In this document: positions 1-7,923 of the stretch, piece by piece | Layout of the letters: every line of letters starts with the position of its first letter | How positions within the stretch are numbered: the first letter of the stretch is position 1 | Notes under the pieces: generated by a model | Seen by the model: the letters and a program-made list of their open reading frames with translations, nothing else | Database searches by the model: none | Told to the model about the DNA's origin: nothing | Source of the DNA: a bacterium | GTDB taxonomy: Bacteria > Zhuqueibacterota > Zhuqueibacteria > Oceanimicrobiales > Oceanimicrobiaceae | Assembly: GCA_037446635.1 (NCBI GenBank) | Contig: JBBIIG010000062.1 | Location: 1 to 22,135, forward strand | DNA length: 22,135 nt | Direction of reading: 5' to 3' | Translations under genes and position numbers: made by a program

Positions 1-2
1 TC

Positions 3-24
3 GCCTGATGATGAATCATCAGGC
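3..24. repeat. Short hairpin/REP-like palindrome
   Basis: GCCTGATGAT-GA-ATCATCAGGC, a perfect 10-bp stem downstream of the last gene. A related half-copy (ATGAATTCATCAGGCTAA) lies near 12913-12930. Confidence 0.5.
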
Positions 25-105
25 TAATTGCTGAAGTCGATTGAAATCGACTCTAGACAGCAGCCGCTTAAATTTATTAAGCTTAAGCTATTTCCAAACG
101 GTCTG

Positions 106-135
106 CTTCGTGCTCTCCGTGTCCCTTGTGGTAAA
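106..135. repeat. 9-mer tandem repeat arm (CTTCGTGNN family)
   Basis: CTTCGTGCT-CTCCGTGTC-CCTTGTGGT-AAA, closely matching the right arm of the element at 6435-6538. Confidence 0.6.
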
Positions 136-139
136 TAAA

Positions 140-733
140 TTAGGCTAAAACAGATGATTCCGGTTCTGAGAAATCGATCTCCGCTAAATGAAAAATCGTC
201 TCGTCCTCGCGGATGTCGAAGATGAGGGGTGATGGCGCTGCAATTACGAGCGGCGATTTTTGGGGACGGAGCAACGGCGCAAAGCTTTCAGCGAGCTGGG
301 CGGCGCGATTTTGCACTTCCCTCTCCGTGGCCGCCACCTGACGGTTGACCGTCTCCACCGTCATTTGGCTTTCGCTCCCCGACTCCATTTCCACCACCTG
401 GCGAATCGCCTGCACCGCGGCGTTCATTTTCGCAGCGACGTCCGCGTCGTAGTGCGCGCCAGATTTCACAAGGTGCTCGACGGTGCGCAACAGTTTTTGC
501 GCCATGTTTTCCACGCCATCGTAGCCGTGTATCATCGCCAAGTCGAACAGCGCCCGTGTGATGATTTTAATCTCGTTTAAACAATCTGAGTTCTGCAGGG
601 CGAGCTGCCACTGCGCAACCGCGGTTTCAATTTTCTGGAGATTCACAGACGCCTCGTGCAGAAAATAGCTCTGCAGCGAAACCTCCCACGAATGGAAATT
701 CTGGTGTCTGAGATTTTCGTTCTCGCCGGTCAT
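140..733 (-). CDS. Hypothetical protein with an Hpt/CheA-P1-like helical bundle lacking the phospho-His
   Basis: 197-aa ORF starting a few nt after the ftsZ stop. YFLHEASVNLQKIE...EIKIITRALFDLAMIHGYDGVENMA follows the CheA-P1 pattern FxxEA..L...EIFRxxHTLKGxxxxxGF, with Arg at the His position. The C-terminal half is coiled or low-complexity. Confidence 0.75.
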   Translation of the reverse strand: MTGENENLRHQNFHSWEVSLQSYFLHEASVNLQKIETAVAQWQLALQNSDCLNEIKIITRALFDLAMIHGYDGVENMAQKLLRTVEHLVKSGAHYDADVAAKMNAAVQAIRQVVEMESGSESQMTVETVNRQVAATEREVQNRAAQLAESFAPLLRPQKSPLVIAAPSPLIFDIREDETIFHLAEIDFSEPESSVLA

Positions 734-739
734 AAAAAT

Positions 740-2371
740 TTAGAACAACTTTTCTATAAAATCGACGGCTTCTTTAATATCAGAAAATCCGGAGTTGCCA
801 TCGGATTTTTTGTTTGCGGCCGCGGCCTTCTCCTCGTCCACCGTTCCGTCGAAAGCGTCGTCGTCTTTTCCTGGCGTCTGCGGCGCATTCAACATCCGCT
901 GGAGGTTACGAAATTTTTGTTCGAGTTTCTCCGCCAATTCATAGGCGGACTCGTCGTCGGCGATCATGCCGTTGAACGTCAGCGGCAGCTCGCGGTACAA
1001 ATCCAGCAAACTTTCGGATAAATCGAACTCGCCTTTAACCGCGCGCGCGGTGACCTCGCCCACCAGCTCCGCAAACTCCGAAATTTTATCGAAGGCGAAC
1101 AGCTCCGCGGTATCGTAAATCGCCGCGCAGGCGTTTTTGATTTCCCGTAAAAACTTTTCGTTGTCAGTTGAATGCCCAACCGTTAATCCCTTCACCGCCT
1201 CTTCCATCACCAGCAAGTCGGCGCGGGACTCATCCAAAAAAATTTCCGAAAAAACTTTATTCTTTTTGGGAATCGCCGGCGCTTTTGGGTCGGGCGAGTG
1301 ACCGTTGGTTTTGGAAGGCTTTTGTTTCTCCAAACTGCCATTGCCATTGCGGTTGGTCTTGACCGCGGATTCCACCTCCGCGGCCGTGCGGCGGGCAGCC
1401 TTCAAATTAGTGACAATTACCATCACGCGGATGGACTGGGCCATGCTGTCATCCACCCGTGCGCCCCAAATTATGCGCGCCGCCGGGTCCAAACGCTCAG
1501 CAATAATTTTCATGATGGTCTTCGCCGACTTCAAAGACATCTCTTTGCCGCCGGTGATATTGATCAGCGCACTGCGGGCGCCGGTGATATCCACCTCCAG
1601 CAGCGGATTCTGCAGCGCTTTCTCCGCCGACTCGGCGGCGCCTTTTTCCGAGTCGCACTCGCCGATGCCAATCATCGCCAGACCACCATTTTGCATGATG
1701 GTGCGCACGTCGGCGAAATCGAGATTCACCAGCCCCTTTTCGGTCACCAGTTCGGTGATGCCCTTGACCGCGTTCACCAAAATTTCATCCGCCACTTTGA
1801 AGGCGGCATTCAATGGCATATCCGGCGCCAAATCCAACAGGCGATCGTTTTGAATGACAATCACCGTGTCCACTTTTTCCTGCAGCAGCTCGAGGCCGCG
1901 GCGGGCATTCTCCAGGCGCACCACGCCTTCGTCGCTAAAAGGCAAGGTGACGATGCCGATGGTCAGCGCGCCCATTTTGCGCGCCACCTCCGCGATCACC
2001 GGCGCGGAACCGGTGCCGGTGCCGCCGCCCAAACCGCAAGTGACGAACACCATGTCGCTTTTTTCCAACACCGCTTCGATTTCTTTAATGTTTTCCTTGG
2101 CGGCGTCTTCGCCTCTTTGGGGATGGCTGCCGGCGCCCAAACCGTTGGTGAGAGTTTTGCCGATCAACACTTTGTAGTCCGCTTTGGCAAACAGCAAATC
2201 CTGGGCGTCGGTGTTGACGGCGATGACATCCACCCCTTTGATGCCTACCTCCAGCAAGCGGGTGACAGTGTTGTTGCCGGCGCCGCCGGCGCCAACGATG
2301 CGAATTTTGGTTTGATGCGATTTTAAAACTTCTTCTAACTGCTTGTCCGTTTCAGAAGTGCGGTGCGACAT
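740..2371 (-). CDS. ftsZ: FtsZ-family GTPase (archaeal FtsZ1-like core) fused to a C-terminal His-less Hpt-like domain
   Basis: Motifs GAGGAGNN, NTDAQ, GLGAG, GGGTGTG (2009-2029) and T7 loop NLDFAD (1709-1726) are intact. The core ends near 1403, followed by a linker, an Hpt-like bundle (~955-1255) and a terminal amphipathic helix. ATG 2371 is preferred over 2386 because AGAAGGA lies 5 nt upstream. Confidence 0.95.
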   Translation of the reverse strand: MSHRTSETDKQLEEVLKSHQTKIRIVGAGGAGNNTVTRLLEVGIKGVDVIAVNTDAQDLLFAKADYKVLIGKTLTNGLGAGSHPQRGEDAAKENIKEIEAVLEKSDMVFVTCGLGGGTGTGSAPVIAEVARKMGALTIGIVTLPFSDEGVVRLENARRGLELLQEKVDTVIVIQNDRLLDLAPDMPLNAAFKVADEILVNAVKGITELVTEKGLVNLDFADVRTIMQNGGLAMIGIGECDSEKGAAESAEKALQNPLLEVDITGARSALINITGGKEMSLKSAKTIMKIIAERLDPAARIIWGARVDDSMAQSIRVMVIVTNLKAARRTAAEVESAVKTNRNGNGSLEKQKPSKTNGHSPDPKAPAIPKKNKVFSEIFLDESRADLLVMEEAVKGLTVGHSTDNEKFLREIKNACAAIYDTAELFAFDKISEFAELVGEVTARAVKGEFDLSESLLDLYRELPLTFNGMIADDESAYELAEKLEQKFRNLQRMLNAPQTPGKDDDAFDGTVDEEKAAAANKKSDGNSGFSDIKEAVDFIEKLF

Positions 2372-2409
2372 GGGTGTCCTTCTCATTTCTTAAAAGATAT
2401 TTGTTGACG

Positions 2410-4128
2410 TTACGCCGATGCGACGGCGCGCGAGTCGGATAAGATGAAGCCGTCGAGCGGATGACCACTCGTACGCAACTGCATCGCCGAATTCAAATTC
2501 TGAATCAAATGCAGCAGCTCGCGATTTTCTCGATCTTGAATTTCCGACAGGCGACTCAAACTAAAAACATTATTATATAAATCTTCGATCAGTAACCGTT
2601 CGTTTTCCGAAATCGGCGCGTTGGCTAAACGAATGTTCCGCACCAGGCTTTCCACCGAGGCCGGGTAATAACTGAGCGGCAGCAGATTCAAATTGAGGCT
2701 TAACCCCAAAAGCGATTTGGACGCGGCCTGCAAATCTGCCAACGCGCGGCTGCTGGCCGGCTGCGCCTGCAACGTTTTCAGTGCGGATTCGATCATATTG
2801 AAATGCGGCTGCGCCTGCTGTTTGAAACTGCTTAAGTTTTCTTTTTGTCCGGCTTGTTCATTTTCGCCGCCCTCTTTGCGGCTGCGCTCGGCTTCACTGA
2901 TCTCTTTGATCATCGTCATCAGATCGTCGTCTTCTTCGCCGGGGAGAGTGAAATCTAAAATTTCTTTTGCCGGCGCCGGCTGCGGAGAAATCGGCTTTGG
3001 CGACGCGCCGCCATCCTGCCCGGAATCATTTGATTTTTTATTTTTCTTTTTTGCCGCGGCAATCATTTCGCGCAGGCGATCGTGCGGGGGAAACAATTTC
3101 TCGGACAATCGTCTGATCGTTTTTTGATCGATGCTATCGAGGTCACCGCTCAAAAGCGCAAGCAGCTCGTCGCGCACTTCGAGCAGCAGCGTTCGCCCCG
3201 GCTCAAAGTAGTCGTCAAAATTTTCTTGCACCGCGGCGACAACTTTCTGGCATTTGACGGCGATTAGCTCGAAAGCCTCGAAGCCGTAAATCATGGCGAT
3301 GACGGCAATGTCGTCAAAAATTTTGCCGCATTTTTTCCAGGCGTCGCGGCGGTTGCCGGTGAGCGCGCGCTGCACTTCATCGAGCCGGCCGCTAAGCTGC
3401 GTTTGGAAAACGCCCACCACGCTGCTCGGCTCGCTGTTGACGTCCGTTCGTTTGTCGGGGCGCGAGCCCGGCTGGCGCCATCCCAAAGTTTTAGAGCCGC
3501 CGCCATCGGTAAAGTCGGTTTCGCATCCACCTTTTGGGCTGGCGTCCTTGCCGGCGTCAAAATCGAGAAGAAGGTCCGTTTCTTCGTTCAGCCAGGCTGG
3601 AAATTCATCCAGAGTTATGGCTGGTTCTGCCTCTGTTTGCGAATGAGGAGGCGGCTCTAATTTTAGTTGTGATGAAAGATCGTCCAGTTCGAAATGGCTG
3701 GGCACGTCCAGGTTGTCAAGTCCCAGCAGCCGTTTGAGCTGAGCGCCGGAGTTTGGATGATTCACCGCCGCCAGCGCGGTTTGAAACAGCTTTTGCGCCA
3801 AGCCTTCGATTTTGATTTTCATGCGCTCGGCGTCGAGATCGGCGTCGCGAAGTTGGCGCACCCCCTCGTTGAGATGGCGGAGATATTCCGCGAATCCCTC
3901 GAACTTTGACAAGCCCTGCAAAAATTCAATTTTATTTTCAGAAGCCACTAACTTGTCCAGCAGCGAGCCCATGACGAGATAGGCTTCGCTGTTGGAATAT
4001 TGGCCGCTGAGCAGGCTCTCCAACTCGTGATTGAGGCAGCGGAAGAAAAAGCTCTTCGGATGAAAGAAGCGTTTAATCAGCTCATTCTGAAAATCCTGAT
4101 CGGAAAGGACGTTTTGAATAATCTGCAT
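2410..4128 (-). CDS. Hypothetical 572-aa protein with an N-terminal helical domain and two His-less Hpt-like bundles
   Basis: Long ORF in operon spacing. Segments KCGKIFDDIAVIAMIYGFEAFELIA and FKQQAQPHFNMIESAL...DLQAASKSLLGLSLNLNL resemble Hpt helices and are separated by acidic/Pro-rich linkers. Confidence 0.75.
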   Translation of the reverse strand: MQIIQNVLSDQDFQNELIKRFFHPKSFFFRCLNHELESLLSGQYSNSEAYLVMGSLLDKLVASENKIEFLQGLSKFEGFAEYLRHLNEGVRQLRDADLDAERMKIKIEGLAQKLFQTALAAVNHPNSGAQLKRLLGLDNLDVPSHFELDDLSSQLKLEPPPHSQTEAEPAITLDEFPAWLNEETDLLLDFDAGKDASPKGGCETDFTDGGGSKTLGWRQPGSRPDKRTDVNSEPSSVVGVFQTQLSGRLDEVQRALTGNRRDAWKKCGKIFDDIAVIAMIYGFEAFELIAVKCQKVVAAVQENFDDYFEPGRTLLLEVRDELLALLSGDLDSIDQKTIRRLSEKLFPPHDRLREMIAAAKKKNKKSNDSGQDGGASPKPISPQPAPAKEILDFTLPGEEDDDLMTMIKEISEAERSRKEGGENEQAGQKENLSSFKQQAQPHFNMIESALKTLQAQPASSRALADLQAASKSLLGLSLNLNLLPLSYYPASVESLVRNIRLANAPISENERLLIEDLYNNVFSLSRLSEIQDRENRELLHLIQNLNSAMQLRTSGHPLDGFILSDSRAVASA

Positions 4129-4154
4129 AGAATTTTTTCTTTATGTTATCGGCG

Positions 4155-4841
4155 CTAATTTCTAAAGCTTCCATATAATTCTAAAATTGCCGGAACGTAG
4201 CTGCGGGTTTCACTTGCCAGCATCGAATTGTTCTTTCCGCTTTTCAGCCATTTCGCCGCGCGATAAGCGCCGCCATTGTAAGCCGCCAGTCCACCGTCGA
4301 GATGATAGAGGTTAATCAAGGACGACAGATACCGGCAGCCCAGGCGAATGTTATAAATGGGGTCGAACAACACCGCTTCCGGCGTCGTCCATTCGATGCC
4401 CTCGATCTCGCTAAGAGAGCGCCCGACGTAGGGCATGATCTGCATCAAGCCGAGCGCACCGGCCGGCGAAACCACATCCGGGCGCCAGGTGTTCGCGCTT
4501 TCGTGGGTGATGGTGGCGCAGATGAGATCGATATCGAGATTGTCGTACCGCAAAGTCATCTCGTAGATTTCGTTGGCGATCTGGTATTTTATCGACTCGT
4601 CCAATTTGGAATTGTAGGCGTCGATAATGCGGATGATTTTCTGAACCGCGGCGATGCGCGCCGCATCCGAAATCATCACCCCGCAAATCTCCGAAAGATG
4701 TTGGCGAATTTCTACAAAGCTGCTTTCTTCGTAGCCGCTGCGAGTGATGTGGGTAGAAAAATTGAGCATCGAAATCAACATTAAAAATAAGACCGCCAGA
4801 ATACTGCCTTTCTTCAACCAGGTAACAAAGATTGAACCCAC
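4155..4841 (-). CDS. Membrane-anchored lytic transglycosylase (SLT/GH23 family)
   Basis: N-terminal TM helix, catalytic ATITHES, GALGLMQIMP, NIRLGCRYL, AAYNGG and ETRSYV motifs. GTG start with AGGAGG upstream. Confidence 0.9.
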   Translation of the reverse strand: MGSIFVTWLKKGSILAVLFLMLISMLNFSTHITRSGYEESSFVEIRQHLSEICGVMISDAARIAAVQKIIRIIDAYNSKLDESIKYQIANEIYEMTLRYDNLDIDLICATITHESANTWRPDVVSPAGALGLMQIMPYVGRSLSEIEGIEWTTPEAVLFDPIYNIRLGCRYLSSLINLYHLDGGLAAYNGGAYRAAKWLKSGKNNSMLASETRSYVPAILELYGSFRN

Positions 4842-4875
4842 CTAAACTTCCTCCTGTAGAAAATGTTATTCTTAA

Positions 4876-5697
4876 TCAATCATCTTCCATCACCGCGAAC
4901 TGCTCTTTTTGCGCCGCAGGCAGCTCCACACGATGATGATTTTGCGCCAGAATTTCTTGCGCCAGACTGAGATAACTGGTGGCGCCTTTGCAGTCTTTGT
5001 CAAAATTAATCGCCGGTTTGCCGTGATAGGGCACTTCCGCCAATCTCACGTTGCGCGGGATGATGGTGTTGAACACCAGCCCCTGCAGCGTGTAGCGCAG
5101 TTTTTCGATCACAATTTTGGTGAGGTTATTGCGCAAATCCACCATCGTCAGCAAAAAGCCGCGGTACACCAAATTGGGGTTGCTTTCATTTTTGATGACG
5201 CGCGTCAATTTCAGAAAGCGCCCCAGAGATTTGAGGGCGTAGTATTCGCACTGAATGGGCACGATGAGCGAGTCCGCGGCGATCAGGCCGTTGAGGGTGA
5301 GATTGCCCAGCGACGGCGGGCAATCGATGACGATGAAATCATACTCGTTCTTAATCTCCTGAATGGCGCTTTTGAGCGCAAACTTATTGGCTACGCCAAT
5401 CAGCTTGCGTTTTTCCCCTTCATCCGACCAGACGTTGGTGGGGATGCAATCAAAATGATCGATGCCCGTGGCGTGAATCGTATTGCGAATGGAGACGCCG
5501 CTGGTGAGGATATCCAAAACTCCGGCTTTGATGTCGTAGCGCCCCAGGCCAAAGGTGGTGGCAATGCTGCCCTGCGGGTCCACATCCACCAGCAACACGC
5601 GATGGCCCAAGAAAACCAGACTGGCGCTGAGGTTCACCGCCGTGGTGGTTTTGCCCACTCCACCTTTTTGGCTGGCAATGGCAATGACTTCACCCAT
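4876..5697 (-). CDS. parA: ParA/Soj-family ATPase (no adjacent parB)
   Basis: Deviant Walker A KGGVGKTT, VDVDPQG, IDCPPSLG, PIQCEYYAL and IPRNVRLAE motifs. Confidence 0.92.
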   Translation of the reverse strand: MGEVIAIASQKGGVGKTTTAVNLSASLVFLGHRVLLVDVDPQGSIATTFGLGRYDIKAGVLDILTSGVSIRNTIHATGIDHFDCIPTNVWSDEGEKRKLIGVANKFALKSAIQEIKNEYDFIVIDCPPSLGNLTLNGLIAADSLIVPIQCEYYALKSLGRFLKLTRVIKNESNPNLVYRGFLLTMVDLRNNLTKIVIEKLRYTLQGLVFNTIIPRNVRLAEVPYHGKPAINFDKDCKGATSYLSLAQEILAQNHHRVELPAAQKEQFAVMEDD

Positions 5698-5826
5698 GTT
5701 AGAAATTCCTCTTCAAAGTTAAATTTTCGTCCTATCAGGTTCGTGCATCAAAATACGTTAATACTAATATCGCCATTTTTCCGAAAATCTTATCGGCTGG
5801 CGCTATTTTTTGATTTGACGGCCCCA

Positions 5827-6216
5827 CTAAATTCTTATCACTTCCATTTCCAAAGATTGCATGACGAGTTCCCGCAGTTGGCGCAGATCGAAGGGCTTCT
5901 CGAGGTAGAGCAATCCAGCGCTGGCGGCCACCTGTTTCTGCACTTCGTCCGAACCGTAAGCGGTGATAAGAATGATTTTGGTCGCCGGCGAGGATTTGCC
6001 GATTTCCTGGGTCAGGCTCAGGCCGTCGCAGCCCGGCATTTGCACATCGGAGATCACCAGATCAAAGGTTTCGCTGCTCAACAATTGCAGGGCGGCGGCG
6101 CCGTTGTTGACGCAGCGCACCTGCACGTTGGGGCGGATCATTCCGAGGCTTTTGGAAATACCCCAGCTAATGTCCTCGTCGTCCTCCGCAATTAAAATTC
6201 TTTTCGCATCTGCCAT
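5827..6216 (-). CDS. Single-domain response regulator (REC)
   Basis: ILIAEDD, LVISDVQMPG, ITAYG and EKPF motifs. ATG 6216 has AAGGAG upstream; the TTG at 6255 falls inside the sigma54 promoter. Confidence 0.9.
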   Translation of the reverse strand: MADAKRILIAEDDEDISWGISKSLGMIRPNVQVRCVNNGAAALQLLSSETFDLVISDVQMPGCDGLSLTQEIGKSSPATKIILITAYGSDEVQKQVAASAGLLYLEKPFDLRQLRELVMQSLEMEVIRI

Positions 6217-6250
6217 GAAGGCTCCTTGTTTTGGTTCGTCTCCCGGCTTG

Positions 6251-6266
6251 CGCAATTGCTATGCCA
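6251..6266 (-). promoter_or_regulatory. Sigma54 (-24/-12) promoter
   Basis: Minus strand reads TGGCATAGCAATTGCG, matching TGGCAC-N5-TTGC with exact GG/GC spacing. It is ~35 nt upstream of the REC start and just downstream of an NtrC-family gene. Confidence 0.85.
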
Positions 6267-6390
6267 TATATTCGTCATAAAAAATCAGAATCTTAAATTG
6301 GTAAAAAACGAAAATTTGGCTGCGAGGGAGGAATAACCTCGTCGCGCTCAAAACGCGGCGCACAAGAAAGGTGGGGATAAAGAAAAGAGC

Positions 6391-6408
6391 AGTGGTCGGA
6401 TTTCGGCC
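6391..6408. promoter_or_regulatory. Candidate enhancer (UAS) for the sigma54 activator
   Basis: AGTGGTCGGATTTCGGCC, an imperfect GGTCG-N5-CGGCC dyad ~150-170 nt upstream of the predicted TSS. A similar site occurs at 12462-12479. Confidence 0.4.
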
Positions 6409-6434
6409 TGTTCGTCTGATTTATTCCATCAATT

Positions 6435-6538
6435 TTACCACGAAGACCACGAAGTTCACGAAGAACAAGTTTTTGAGTCGTACTTTTTAAAATTTAGCAG
6501 CAGGATAACTTCGCGCTCTTCGTGGCCTTCGTGGTGAA
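6435..6538. repeat. Inverted element built from 9-mer tandem repeats
   Basis: Left arm ACCACGAAG-ACCACGAAG-TTCACGAAG, AT-rich spacer, right arm CTTCGCGCT-CTTCGTGGC-CTTCGTGGT. It sits directly after the activator stop codon. Confidence 0.8.
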
Positions 6539-6547
6539 CAATTCAAG

Positions 6548-7918
6548 TCAGGTCAAGCCATAACTTTTCATTTTTTCACGAAGAGTAGATCGGGAGATAT
6601 TCAAAATGCGGGCGGTTTTGGATTTGTTGCCTTTGTATTTTTTGAGCACATTCAAAATGTGACGCTTTTCCATTTCCTCCAGCGAATCGCCGTCCGATGA
6701 AAAAGCAGTAAATTCTTTCGAGACCCCGATTGACGAGCGCCCCTGCTGCAGCTCGATGGAGAGATGCTCCCCCTGGAGTTCACTGCCGCTGCAAAGAATC
6801 ACGGCGCGCTCGATGACGTTTTTCAGCTCGCGCACGTTCCCCGGCCAGCGGTAACTCAGCAAACGTTCCTGCGCTTCTTTGGAAATGCCGCTGATCTCTT
6901 TGCCGAATTCTTTATTGTTGCGCTCGATGAACAGCATGGTGAGGGGCAAAATATCCTCGACGCGATCGCGCAGCGGCGGGATGTTGATCACCATCACTTT
7001 GAGACGATAGTACAAATCCTCGCGGAAGGTTTGCTGCTCCACACATTCTTCGAGGTTGCGGTTGGTGGCGGCGATGATGCGCACGTCGATGGTGATGTCC
7101 GAGGTGCCGCCGATGCGGCGGAAAGATTGCGTCTCCAGTACCCGCAGCAGTTTCGGCTGCAGCGACATCTGCATGCTGGAGATTTCGTCGAGAAAAATGG
7201 TGCCGTCGTTAGCCATCTCGAACATGCCTTTCTTCAAACTTTTGGCGTCGGTGAAGGCGCCTTTTTCGTGGCCGAACAGCTCGCTCTCCATGAGATTTTC
7301 CGGGATGGCGCTGCAATTGATTTTGATGAGCGGCTTATCGGCGCGCGCGCTCCAATTGTGAATGGCGTTGGCCACCAACTCTTTGCCGGTGCCGCTTTCG
7401 CCTTGAATGAGGACAGAAGTTTTCGGAGTGCCGGCGACGATTTTAATGAGGCGCTTGAGATCGCGCATGGGCCGGGAATTTCCGAACAGCTCGTCGTCCG
7501 GGAACACTTCTTTCTGCTGAGTCTTGAGTCGCGAAACTTCCCGTTTCAAGCTGTGAGTTTCCAGCGCCTTGGCCACCACCAACCGCAACTCATCCAGCTC
7601 GAACGGCTTCATCAAATAATCATAGGCGCCGGCTTTCAAGGCCTCCACCGCGGGGCGGGCGTCGTTGAGGGCGGTGATCATGATCACCAGAATATCGGGA
7701 TCGAGTTCTTTGATGTTTTCCAAAATTTTGATGCCGTTGAGATCGGGCAGTTTGATATCGAGCAAAACCAGATCGATGATATCTTTTTTGAGGATTTCAA
7801 GGCCGTCCTCGCCGGTAAACGCGGTGCGCACTTTCTGGCCGTCTTTGCTCATCACGTCCGCCAGCGTCTGGCATAAATCTTCATTATCTTCGATAATCAG
7901 AATATTGGCTTTTGGCAT
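6548..7918 (-). CDS. NtrC/AtoC-family sigma54-dependent response regulator (REC-AAA+-Fis HTH)
   Basis: REC (IIEDN, LLDIKLPD, KPF), Walker A GESGTGKE, ESELFGHEKGAFTDA, IFLDEI, FREDLYYRL, WPGNVREL and a C-terminal HTH GNKSKTARILNISRSTL. Confidence 0.96.
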   Translation of the reverse strand: MPKANILIIEDNEDLCQTLADVMSKDGQKVRTAFTGEDGLEILKKDIIDLVLLDIKLPDLNGIKILENIKELDPDILVIMITALNDARPAVEALKAGAYDYLMKPFELDELRLVVAKALETHSLKREVSRLKTQQKEVFPDDELFGNSRPMRDLKRLIKIVAGTPKTSVLIQGESGTGKELVANAIHNWSARADKPLIKINCSAIPENLMESELFGHEKGAFTDAKSLKKGMFEMANDGTIFLDEISSMQMSLQPKLLRVLETQSFRRIGGTSDITIDVRIIAATNRNLEECVEQQTFREDLYYRLKVMVINIPPLRDRVEDILPLTMLFIERNNKEFGKEISGISKEAQERLLSYRWPGNVRELKNVIERAVILCSGSELQGEHLSIELQQGRSSIGVSKEFTAFSSDGDSLEEMEKRHILNVLKKYKGNKSKTARILNISRSTLREKMKSYGLT

Positions 7919-7923
7919 GGTGC

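Noticed and set aside
170..2965. Shared acidic motif FDIREDETIFHLAEI versus LDFTLPGEEDDDLMTMIKEI in the two pseudo-Hpt proteins
   Set aside because: The similarity is too short and weak to support without an alignment of homologues.
6217..6255. TTG start extending the REC protein
   Set aside because: It overlaps the sigma54 promoter, and the RBS supports ATG 6216.
7245..7262. GAFTDA instead of GAFTGA in the activator as a sign of inactivity
   Set aside because: It is a common natural variant that keeps the key F and T. The other AAA+ motifs are intact and a sigma54 promoter lies adjacent.
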